Assembly: GCA_964590935.1 (NCBI GenBank)
Contig: CAZPXC010000005.1
Coordinates: 1 to 41,012 of the forward strand
Source of the DNA: an uncultured Methanosarcinales archaeon
GTDB lineage: Archaea; Nanobdellota; Nanobdellia; Woesearchaeales; DSVV01
Reading direction: 5' to 3'
DNA length: 41,012 nt
The notes below the pieces were generated by a model, which worked only from the letters and a program-made list of their open reading frames with translations, was not told the origin of the DNA and searched no databases. Positions 32,090 through 39,945 of the stretch are shown piece after piece (positions within the stretch are counted from its first letter, which is position 1; each line of letters opens with the position of its first letter). Made by a program: the position numbers and the translations under genes.

Positions 32090-33487
32090 ATGAGAAAAAA
32101 GGGGTTGATCGTCTTTTGGTTCATATTGATAACTGGACTATTTTTTATTGGAAACGTGAAAGCATCTACAATCAATGCAGCGAATTGTTCACAATCTGCT
32201 GTTCAGTCTGCAATCAATTCTTCTACATCAGGGGATACGGTCAAGGTGCCGGCAGGAAGCTGCACATGGAGCTCCACGCTTACCATCGATAAAAATATCA
32301 ACCTTAAAGGTGCAGGGGTTGAGAAGACAATAATTACATATTCGGGAGGGCCGATTCTTGATTACATCGGTGATGATACAGCCGACGATTCCCGGTTGTC
32401 AGGTTTTTCCTTAAACGGTTATTTTAATTTTGACGGCCCAGGCAATCCCTCAACATGGTTAAGGATAGACCACCTGAATGTGACTTCTGATTACTCAGGA
32501 TATTGGGCGACCCCCTGGGGTACAAGAGGGATCCTGATCGATCACTGTGAATTTCATTACACAGGAAGCACGCCTATGAGGATGTTCATATTTAACGGAG
32601 AGGGGGGTGCAGACCCTGATGTCTGGAGGGAGGATTCTGCTGTCGGAACAGACAGGAATGTCTTTATCGAGGATACGATACTGGATGGCGGAACAAAAGT
32701 CATGAGCGGGAATCACATGGCTTTCCAGGTATGGTGGGCAGGCAGGGTAGTGATGAGGCATTGCACTATCATTAATTTTGCAATTGATGCCCATGATTAT
32801 AGAGATTCATCCCAGCGTGGGGCAAGAAACTGGGAGATCTATGATAATAACTGGACCCGTACTCCCGGGATTGATCTGGAATGGATGAATTTCCGCGCAG
32901 GAACAGGGGTTGTCTACAATAACCGGATGACCGAAAGCAATCCAAGGCATGGTATAAAACTGATGGCATATAGTGTTTATGGCTATGTTTCGCCGTGCTG
33001 CTGCCTGGAATCGCCTGACTATATGTATAATATGGACGGTATCGGCCGTGGAAAGTTTACCGGCACCAAGATTCCCGGTGACAGTTCATTGTTCCAGGAC
33101 TGCCAGGACAGGGAAGCCTGGGGCCAGCAGCTTGAGCCTGCCTATTTCTGGAACAACACCAGAGACGGAGTGACAATTGACCCAAGTCCTGGAAGTGACT
33201 GTGGTTGCGCTTCTGAGTGTGGGCAATCCCAATGCGAGACTGACGCCATACAGGAAGGCAGGGATTATTTCAATTATGCAAAGCCCGGTTACGCCCCCTA
33301 CACATACCCTCATCCACTGACACATTCAGGGAATCTGACAGCCTCATGTTCCTCAGGAGCTGATGATGATGGTGATTCAGTTGTTTCAAATCTGGAATTA
33401 ACTGGTTTTATTTCTGATTGGAAAGGTGGAACCGTTACAATCGGCAATTTGATTGCTGCTGTTTCCGAATGGAAGAACGGATGCTAG
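32090..33487 (+). CDS. Array paralog L: secreted protein of the 'INAA-CS / VPAGSCTW' class with C-terminal tag
   Basis: Signal peptide MRKKGLIVFWFILITGLFFIGNVKA. STINAANCSQSAVQSAINSSTSGDTVKVPAGSCTW. YAPYTYPHPL. Tag 33347-33484. Confidence 0.85.
   Translation: MRKKGLIVFWFILITGLFFIGNVKASTINAANCSQSAVQSAINSSTSGDTVKVPAGSCTWSSTLTIDKNINLKGAGVEKTIITYSGGPILDYIGDDTADDSRLSGFSLNGYFNFDGPGNPSTWLRIDHLNVTSDYSGYWATPWGTRGILIDHCEFHYTGSTPMRMFIFNGEGGADPDVWREDSAVGTDRNVFIEDTILDGGTKVMSGNHMAFQVWWAGRVVMRHCTIINFAIDAHDYRDSSQRGARNWEIYDNNWTRTPGIDLEWMNFRAGTGVVYNNRMTESNPRHGIKLMAYSVYGYVSPCCCLESPDYMYNMDGIGRGKFTGTKIPGDSSLFQDCQDREAWGQQLEPAYFWNNTRDGVTIDPSPGSDCGCASECGQSQCETDAIQEGRDYFNYAKPGYAPYTYPHPLTHSGNLTASCSSGADDDGDSVVSNLELTGFISDWKGGTVTIGNLIAAVSEWKNGC
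33347..33484 (+). other. 46-aa C-terminal tag (L)
   Basis: CSSGADDDGDSVVSNLELTGFISDWKGGTVTIGNLIAAVSEWKNGC-stop. Confidence 0.8.
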
Positions 33488-33586
33488 AAGAGAGGTGTTT
33501 TAACTTATATTTTTATCTAATTTTATGGAAAACAAAAAAGCAATTGTTATAGAGCTTCATGTTTATGGGTACCCTCTAATTTGACA

Positions 33587-33600
33587 AAACATTTATATTA
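33587..33600 (+). promoter_or_regulatory. TATA/BRE-like box of paralog M
   Basis: AAACATTTATATTA ends 20 nt before ATG 33621. It lies in the only long (133-nt) intergenic spacer of the array, which also carries T-runs after the stop of L. Confidence 0.55.
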
Positions 33601-33620
33601 TAATATTTCTATATAACCTT

Positions 33621-35885
33621 ATGAAAAGAGGGATGAAAGGAAGATTCTTAGTTTTTGCAGTTATTTTAGCCCTGTTTTTTATTCCAAAATCAAATGCAGC
33701 TGTTTTATGGTCAGAAAATTTTAATGAGTTCAGTGCTGATTGGTCCCAAAATGACCTGCAGGACGGCAGGCCAAATTGTCCGTCAGGATATGACTACTGC
33801 GCTGCTGATACTCAGGGAGATTATGGAAGTCCAGATATCGAGATAACAACTGCAGCGGAGCGTTCCGATCCTGACGGCAATAACAGGGGTTTCAGGTTGC
33901 ATATATGGAGAGATTCGGGCGGAACTTGTTGTGAGAACGGGATAACCGACGCCAGCCTTTGGCCAGGACAAACCAATTTCTATTTGAGAACCTATTTGCG
34001 TTTAGATTTCAATTCTCAAACATCATACGCAAAGCTATTTAGGATTAAGGATTCTTCAAACACTCAACGGTTTATTTTAGATCTTTACAATAAATATGGA
34101 TACGGCGGTACTGTTTTTACGCTCGGAAGTAGCGCAGATGGATTCGGAAATGACTATCCAAATACAAATTACAAGCTGGAGAATGACTATACCCCCAATA
34201 CATGGATAAGTGTGGAACTGTTCATAGACCAAACAAACCATCAATGGACATTGTGGGTTGACGGCGTTCAGCAGGGCAGTCCTGTATCTATTCCTACGTC
34301 AAATTATGTCATAACAGGGACGATGATAGGAGGAAACCAAGTCGGTCAGGGGACTGTGGACCATATAATTGATTATGATGATCTCGCTGTGGGTGATTCT
34401 TATATAGGTCCTGCTGGTGGAGGGGACACAACCCCTCCTGCCATATCAGGGGTATCACCGACAGGGACACTTCCCTTTGGAACGAGCCAGGCAACCCTCT
34501 CCCTGGCCACGGATGAGACAGCCACGTGCAGGTACTCGACAACTCCCGGGACGGCATATTCCTCTATGACCGGGACCTTCACCGGATCGACGAGCCACTC
34601 GGCGACAGTCAGTGTCTCTGACGGAAACACCTATAACTATTATGTCCGGTGCCAGGACCAGGCAGGCAATACCAACCCCGGCGATTACCCAATAAGCTTC
34701 AATGTGGCTCAGGCAGGGATACCTGCAATAAGCTCTGTCTCGGGCGATATCTCAAATGGACAGACTGTCACGATAAGCGGGAGCGGGTTTGGTGCCACAG
34801 GCCCTGATGTCATCCTGTTTGATGATTTTGATACAGGAGCAAATGGCCAAAATCTTGCATCTTCTCCGCAAATCGGTTCATGGGACAGGAATGATGCTCC
34901 TTATGCCACTTACAGCAATTCACAGCATCACAGCGGAACACAGTCGGCTCAAGCAGTGCATACTCCTTCATTGTCATGGTCAAACTTCAATGTAGAGTTC
35001 AGCAGTCCATCAACGCTTTATGGAAGCTTCTGGTTCAGGGTATCCAGCTTTGGTGGGGGTGGGCAGTACAAATTAAACCAGGTACACGGAGACTGCAATT
35101 GTGGCGATTTTGCTCCCGGAGTCATGACAGGGGATATGGGTGCGGGTTGGTGGAAAACCTATATCTCCTATGAGGATGGTTCAACTAGTGATCAATATAG
35201 CGCGAATTATCCCAATTCTCCTTCTGCTAATGCATGGCATCATTTCGAGTGGATTGGGCGTCAGTCATCAGGAGGTGTATCAGACGGATCAGTCAAAATT
35301 TATATAGATGGTATTAAGGTCACGCCATCGTTTATGGATTCTGTGAAGACCAGAAATTCTGCTGGTAATAGTTGGTATCTATTTGAATTTTTTACCGGAC
35401 TTACAAATATGGCATCTTCAGTTACGACTTGGATTGATGACGCTTATCTTTCTGCGTCATGGGCAAGGATTGAGATATGCAATGCAAATACAAACTCAGG
35501 GTCCAGCCACTGTGAAATACAAATTCCTTCATCCTGGTCATCTGATTCGATAACAGTAACAGTAAACCAAGGTTCCTTCACTTCAGGTCAGACTGCATAC
35601 CTATATGTTGTTGATTCAACAGGTTCAGTAAATGCAGATGGTTATCCGATCACCCTTGGAGCGGGGGTAGGCCCGGTCTGCGGAAATGGGAACTGTGAGA
35701 GCGGAGAAACGCCAGCAGGCTGTCCTGCTGATTGCACAAGTTCATGCACATCAGGAGCAGACAGCGACGGAGACAGTGTTGTTTCAAATCTGGAATTGAC
35801 CGGTTTTATCTCTGATTGGAAAAGTGGGAGTGTTGCGATAGGCGAACTGATCGCTGCGGTTAATGATTGGAAGAACGGGTGCTAG
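33621..35885 (+). CDS. Array paralog M: secreted double jelly-roll (ConA/LamG-like) protein + 'ATCRYS' module + IPT/TIG-like segment + 4-Cys knot + C-terminal tag
   Basis: Signal peptide MKRGMKGRFLVFAVILALFFIPKSNA. LamG-like signatures NTWISVELFIDQTNHQWTLWVDGVQQG and NAWHHFEWIGRQ...VKIYIDGIKV. 'ATCRYS' module ~34428-34706. IPAISSVSGDISNGQTVTISGSGFG. CGNGNCESGETPAGCPADC (35679-35735). Tag 35745-35882. Confidence 0.8.
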   Translation: MKRGMKGRFLVFAVILALFFIPKSNAAVLWSENFNEFSADWSQNDLQDGRPNCPSGYDYCAADTQGDYGSPDIEITTAAERSDPDGNNRGFRLHIWRDSGGTCCENGITDASLWPGQTNFYLRTYLRLDFNSQTSYAKLFRIKDSSNTQRFILDLYNKYGYGGTVFTLGSSADGFGNDYPNTNYKLENDYTPNTWISVELFIDQTNHQWTLWVDGVQQGSPVSIPTSNYVITGTMIGGNQVGQGTVDHIIDYDDLAVGDSYIGPAGGGDTTPPAISGVSPTGTLPFGTSQATLSLATDETATCRYSTTPGTAYSSMTGTFTGSTSHSATVSVSDGNTYNYYVRCQDQAGNTNPGDYPISFNVAQAGIPAISSVSGDISNGQTVTISGSGFGATGPDVILFDDFDTGANGQNLASSPQIGSWDRNDAPYATYSNSQHHSGTQSAQAVHTPSLSWSNFNVEFSSPSTLYGSFWFRVSSFGGGGQYKLNQVHGDCNCGDFAPGVMTGDMGAGWWKTYISYEDGSTSDQYSANYPNSPSANAWHHFEWIGRQSSGGVSDGSVKIYIDGIKVTPSFMDSVKTRNSAGNSWYLFEFFTGLTNMASSVTTWIDDAYLSASWARIEICNANTNSGSSHCEIQIPSSWSSDSITVTVNQGSFTSGQTAYLYVVDSTGSVNADGYPITLGAGVGPVCGNGNCESGETPAGCPADCTSSCTSGADSDGDSVVSNLELTGFISDWKSGSVAIGELIAAVNDWKNGC
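35745..35882 (+). other. 46-aa C-terminal tag (M)
   Basis: CTSGADSDGDSVVSNLELTGFISDWKSGSVAIGELIAAVNDWKNGC-stop. Confidence 0.8.
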
Positions 35886-35899
35886 AAAGATTTATAAAT
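35886..35899 (+). promoter_or_regulatory. TATA/BRE-like box of paralog N
   Basis: AAAGATTTATAAAT ends 20 nt before ATG 35920. Confidence 0.55.
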
Positions 35900-35919
35900 A
35901 TCATTTATTCATTTTGTTC

Positions 35920-38091
35920 ATGAAAATAAAGGGGTTAATTGTTTCGGGAGTTTTGTTTTTATTTGTGGTTAGTTATGTTTCTGCAGCTATTTCTTTTACC
36001 AACGGTTATTGGTCGACCTCTTTTAACGAAGGATGTGATGCTGAGTGGACATGGTCTTCCACTAATTACCATCCACCATGCTATCCTGAATATGACCGCG
36101 GAGGCGATAACGAGTGCAATGGCCAAGGCGAGCAAATAACATCTGCTGCCAATAATCCTTCTGGCGGTGGTGGGAGAGGACAGAGACATTGGGAAGGTGA
36201 TGGGTCGAATGCGAATAGTGGAGGTCTGGCCACATCTCTTTCTGGACTAACAGAAATATGGATACGGTTCTATATGCGCTACCAGTCAGGATTCGCGTGG
36301 AGCGGCAATTCAGTCCATTATGACAAGATCATCTACATAAATCCAGCTGGCACGGGCCAATACATAATTCCTGAATTTCACGATAATGTACTTGCCATTA
36401 CGACAAATGTTGCTATCGCAAGCTCAACAACGTGGCAGGATGTCATGGGCGGGAACACAGCAGATGGTCAATGGCATTGCTACGAATTCCACATGAACAC
36501 TAATGATGGCACTGCCCAAGCATGGCTGGATGGAAACCCCATAATAGACACGACTAGCACTAGTCTTATTGGACGAACGATGAATAGAATTGGTATTGGC
36601 AGCAATCAAGATGACCCTAATAATGGAGGTTGCTACTATGTTGATTTTGATGACATAGCCATAGCACTTCCGTCCTACACAGGTTTTGTCACAGACTCAA
36701 ACGGAAACCCTATGATAGGTCCGATTTCAGCGAATTGCGACGACGGGGTTTGCGATTCAGGAGAAACCTGCTTACAGGATAGTTGTTGTGATGGGGCCAG
36801 TTACGATACAGGAACACAGGTTTGTTGTTCAGGAACAGTATATACTGGAACCTGTTGTTCAACCTCTGATTGTTCAGGAACTGATACTTGTGAAAATCAT
36901 ATTTGCACTGCTCAGGCAGGGATACCTGCAATAAGCTCTGTCTCGGGCGATATCTCAAATGGACAGACTGTCACGATAAGCGGGAGCGGTTTCGGGTCGA
37001 AGACCCAGGCCGGACCTTTGATTTCAAGTTATGATGATGCAAATACTGCTGATAATTTTTACAGCATGGGTGTCGGGAGCGCTCCCGGTGGTAGCTGGAG
37101 GTCTTATGGTTCTGTCAGCATACAAACAAGTGATAAGAGATCCTCAAATTATCAGAATGAGAAATATGTCAGGACCGATTTTAATGACGGCAATTATCAT
37201 TTTCTTAGAGCTTACACTTCAGGAAGTTCTTTTTATGTCTCTTTTTGGTGGAGAACAACACAGAGCATTTCACAGCCTTCAGGAGGAAATGCCAAGTTTG
37301 TGCTGCTATGGCCTCAGGGAACCGGAGGAAGCGCAAGCCATATCCAGGAGGCTTTTTGGGGAAGCCCTGTAAATGTTATACGCAGTGCACAGGATAATGG
37401 AGGTTCGCCTTATGACGACTGGACAAATATGATCCCTTCAAGTCCCTTTACAACCTGGCACCATATGGAGATAATGGCAGATGCTTCAAGCTGGTGGTCG
37501 ACTCAGGACTATGAGCATACCAGGACCTGGGGCGGATTCAATCTTGGAAGCTTCTCTTCTCCCGAATGGAGGTTCGGGCATGGGACAGGAGGGGGGAGCG
37601 GGGGCTATATTGAGATCGACCAGGTGTATATTGACGATACAAAAGCGCATGTTTTCATCTCAGATAAGAGCAGCATGGGAAGCTGGTCAACATATTCAGG
37701 CAAGGCTCATACAGAAATCCAGGTCCCTTCAGCCTGGTCTGGCTCTTCAATCTCATTCACGTTAAATCAGGGCTCGTTCTTTGATGGAGAAACGGTTTAC
37801 CTGTATGTGGTTGATGAGAACGGCGAAATAAATGCAGATGGTTATCCGATCACCCTTGGAGCGGGGACAGGCCCTGTCTGCGGAGACGGAGATTGTGAGA
37901 GCGGGGAAACGCCTGCAGACTGTCCTGCTGATTGCGGAGGCACAGGTTCATGCATATCAGGCGCAGACAGCGACGGAGACTCGGTTGTTTCAAATGAAGA
38001 ATTGATAAGTTACATCTCTGAATGGGAATCAGGAACAGTTACAATCGGCGACCTTATTGCCGCGATCGCTGAATGGAAGAACGGGTGCTAA
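35920..38091 (+). CDS. Array paralog N: secreted double jelly-roll (ConA/LamG-like) protein with Cys-rich insert, IPT/TIG-like segment, 4-Cys knot and C-terminal tag
   Basis: Start ATG 35920 (track 35863 begins inside M). Signal peptide MKIKGLIVSGVLFLFVVSYVSA. GQWHCYEFHMNTNDGTAQAWLDGNPI. Cys-rich insert CDDGVCDSGETCLQDSCCDG...CENHIC. IPAISSVSGDISNGQTVTISGSGFG. CGDGDCESGETPADCPADC (37879-37935). Tag 37951-38088. Confidence 0.8.
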   Translation: MKIKGLIVSGVLFLFVVSYVSAAISFTNGYWSTSFNEGCDAEWTWSSTNYHPPCYPEYDRGGDNECNGQGEQITSAANNPSGGGGRGQRHWEGDGSNANSGGLATSLSGLTEIWIRFYMRYQSGFAWSGNSVHYDKIIYINPAGTGQYIIPEFHDNVLAITTNVAIASSTTWQDVMGGNTADGQWHCYEFHMNTNDGTAQAWLDGNPIIDTTSTSLIGRTMNRIGIGSNQDDPNNGGCYYVDFDDIAIALPSYTGFVTDSNGNPMIGPISANCDDGVCDSGETCLQDSCCDGASYDTGTQVCCSGTVYTGTCCSTSDCSGTDTCENHICTAQAGIPAISSVSGDISNGQTVTISGSGFGSKTQAGPLISSYDDANTADNFYSMGVGSAPGGSWRSYGSVSIQTSDKRSSNYQNEKYVRTDFNDGNYHFLRAYTSGSSFYVSFWWRTTQSISQPSGGNAKFVLLWPQGTGGSASHIQEAFWGSPVNVIRSAQDNGGSPYDDWTNMIPSSPFTTWHHMEIMADASSWWSTQDYEHTRTWGGFNLGSFSSPEWRFGHGTGGGSGGYIEIDQVYIDDTKAHVFISDKSSMGSWSTYSGKAHTEIQVPSAWSGSSISFTLNQGSFFDGETVYLYVVDENGEINADGYPITLGAGTGPVCGDGDCESGETPADCPADCGGTGSCISGADSDGDSVVSNEELISYISEWESGTVTIGDLIAAIAEWKNGC
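37951..38088 (+). other. 46-aa C-terminal tag (N), closest to the family consensus
   Basis: CISGADSDGDSVVSNEELISYISEWESGTVTIGDLIAAIAEWKNGC-stop. Confidence 0.8.
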
Positions 38092-38098
38092 AGAAACC

Positions 38099-38112
38099 AA
38101 ATATTTTTAAAT
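38099..38112 (+). promoter_or_regulatory. TATA/BRE-like box of paralog O
   Basis: AAATATTTTTAAAT ends 21 nt before ATG 38134. Confidence 0.6.
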
Positions 38113-38133
38113 TCTGTTTATCTATTATATAAA

Positions 38134-39930
38134 ATGAAAAAGGGGATTGAAAAAAAATTCTTGCTCTTGGTTGTTGGATTGTTTTTGATTGTGAATTCTG
38201 TTGTAAGCGTTTTGGGTGCTACTTATTATGTCAGGCAGGATGGTTCGGGTGACTTTGCAACAATACAAGCCTGCGCAGATGCTGCCACGCAAGGGGATAC
38301 TTGTTTGGTTTATCCAGGTAGCTATGATGAGAGAGTATCTTTCCATAGTTCTGGGTCAGACGGGTCGCCGATAATTTTCAAGGCAAACGAAAATGCAAAG
38401 GTCAGGGCATTTACGATAACCAACCAGGCCTACATAAGTATAGATGGATTTGAGATCACGCATGAAGGCATGACTCAGGAAGCCTCAAGCACTATACATG
38501 CCTCCATATTCATGGATTCTACCAGCCATATCAATATACTTAACAATTATATACATGACACTGTGCGACCATGCATTTCAGAGCATCAAAGTGCATCCAC
38601 CTTCGCCGACTATACCTGGATAAAGAACAATACGCTGCGACAATGTGGTCACGGGACCGCAACAGGCATAGAGATATTCGGCAGCCACAATCTGGTTGAA
38701 GACAATGACATCTCAAATTCCGGCGGGGACTTCATGCGCCTCACCGGCGGTGATTTCAACGTCGTAAGGAACAATGTCTGGCATGACAACATCAATCCTG
38801 ATTCCACGTACCATATCGACGGGCTTCAGCATTGGTGCTCCAGTTCTGTGCCTGTCTCAACACATCACCTACTGATAGAAAACAACCTGATGTATAATGC
38901 GCCTGATGCCAATTCGCATTTTACAATATTCCAGGATATTGGCGGAGACTGCAATAGCTCTGGATTCATTCTAAGATACAATACTGCAAGAGATTTAGGC
39001 AGCAGCTTCGCCGGCACAGATGATGGAAACGGACTGAAGGGGGTGGATAATCTGATTATATACAGCAATACATTAGTGGATTTAGGTACTGCACAAGATC
39101 CCAAACCATGGAGTATAGTATCCCATTCAGACCAAGCTGCCGGTGGCATGGTGCTGAACAATATCTTCTACAATGTGGTAAGAGATGGGGGTTATGTGCA
39201 CTACAGGGATGCAGCCCTCTCAGGCAGTTGGCATGCAGACTACAATCTCGGGTATAATTCCCTGTGCGAAGCATCCTGCATCTGGGGAAACCAGGATTAT
39301 TCCATAAAGCAGGAACCGCATGGTTTGTTGAATGAGGATCCGCTATTCGAGGATTTTGCTTCGCATGATTATGCATTGGAGCCTGATTCTCCTGCTGTGA
39401 ACGCCGGGGGGCCTCTTACCACTGTTTCAGCTGCTGACAGCGGCACAGGAAGGGATTTGGATGTTGAGAATGCAGAATTCTTCCAGGACAGCTGGGCAGG
39501 AGTCGATCCTGACTGGATTGCGGTCGGCTCAGTCAGCAATGTCATGGGGATTTCATCTATTGATTATGACACAAACACAATTACGCTTGCAGGCTCGATA
39601 TCAAGAAATCAGGGAGATCCTGTTTATTTATACAAGGATTCAGATGGGACAAGGGTCCTTTACGGAAGCGCTCCGGACATAGGCGCGTATGAATTTGTTT
39701 CAGGAACAGGTTCTGTTTGCGGAAATGGGGACTGTGAGAGCGGAGAGACCCCTGCAAGTTGCCCTGCTGATTGCGCAGATGCGAGCTCCTGCATATCAGA
39801 TGTAGACAGCGACGGAGATTCAGCTGTTTCAACTGGTGAATTAACTGATTATATTTCTTCCTGGAAATTAGGAAATGTAACAATCAGCGACCTGATAGCT
39901 GCAATAGGTGAGTGGAAGAACGGGTGTTGA
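38134..39930 (+). CDS. Array paralog O: secreted PbH1 beta-helix protein ('TYYV' class) + 4-Cys knot + C-terminal tag
   Basis: Signal peptide MKKGIEKKFLLLVVGLFLIVNSVVSVLGA (about 90% identical in DNA to J). TYYVRQDGSGDFATIQACADAATQGDTCLVYPGSYDE. ILNNYIHD, VEDNDISN, VRNNVWHDN, IENNLMYN. PDIGAYEF. CGNGDCESGETPASCPADC (39718-39774). Tag 39790-39927. Confidence 0.85.
   Translation: MKKGIEKKFLLLVVGLFLIVNSVVSVLGATYYVRQDGSGDFATIQACADAATQGDTCLVYPGSYDERVSFHSSGSDGSPIIFKANENAKVRAFTITNQAYISIDGFEITHEGMTQEASSTIHASIFMDSTSHINILNNYIHDTVRPCISEHQSASTFADYTWIKNNTLRQCGHGTATGIEIFGSHNLVEDNDISNSGGDFMRLTGGDFNVVRNNVWHDNINPDSTYHIDGLQHWCSSSVPVSTHHLLIENNLMYNAPDANSHFTIFQDIGGDCNSSGFILRYNTARDLGSSFAGTDDGNGLKGVDNLIIYSNTLVDLGTAQDPKPWSIVSHSDQAAGGMVLNNIFYNVVRDGGYVHYRDAALSGSWHADYNLGYNSLCEASCIWGNQDYSIKQEPHGLLNEDPLFEDFASHDYALEPDSPAVNAGGPLTTVSAADSGTGRDLDVENAEFFQDSWAGVDPDWIAVGSVSNVMGISSIDYDTNTITLAGSISRNQGDPVYLYKDSDGTRVLYGSAPDIGAYEFVSGTGSVCGNGDCESGETPASCPADCADASSCISDVDSDGDSAVSTGELTDYISSWKLGNVTISDLIAAIGEWKNGC
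39790..39927 (+). other. 46-aa C-terminal tag (O)
   Basis: CISDVDSDGDSAVSTGELTDYISSWKLGNVTISDLIAAIGEWKNGC-stop. Confidence 0.8.
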
Positions 39931-39932
39931 GG

Positions 39933-39945
39933 AAATATTTTTAAA
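39933..39945 (+). promoter_or_regulatory. TATA-like box abutting the start codon of paralog P (spacer deleted)
   Basis: GGAAATATTTTTAAA is followed immediately by ATG 39946. The same box upstream of J is followed by a 21-nt spacer. Confidence 0.4.

Noticed and set aside
32029-32292. 87-aa ORF spanning the K/L junction
   Set aside because: Same artefact as above, but out of frame with L. It overlaps the well-supported L CDS (32090-33487) and has no motif of its own.
33525-33584. 19-aa mini-ORF (MENKKAIVIELHVYGYPLI) in the long L-M spacer
   Set aside because: It has no TATA box at the organism-typical distance, no SD and no similarity to the paralog starts. It is most likely chance in an A/T-rich spacer, though the 133-nt spacer could be a decayed junction.
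37951-38091. Tag as an archaeosortase/PGF-CTERM-like or GPI/lipid-anchor sorting signal
   Set aside because: Those signals end in a hydrophobic TM helix plus a basic tail. The tag is amphipathic and acidic with no TM segment, and its length and internal duplication point to a folded module. Modification of the terminal Cys cannot be excluded from sequence alone.
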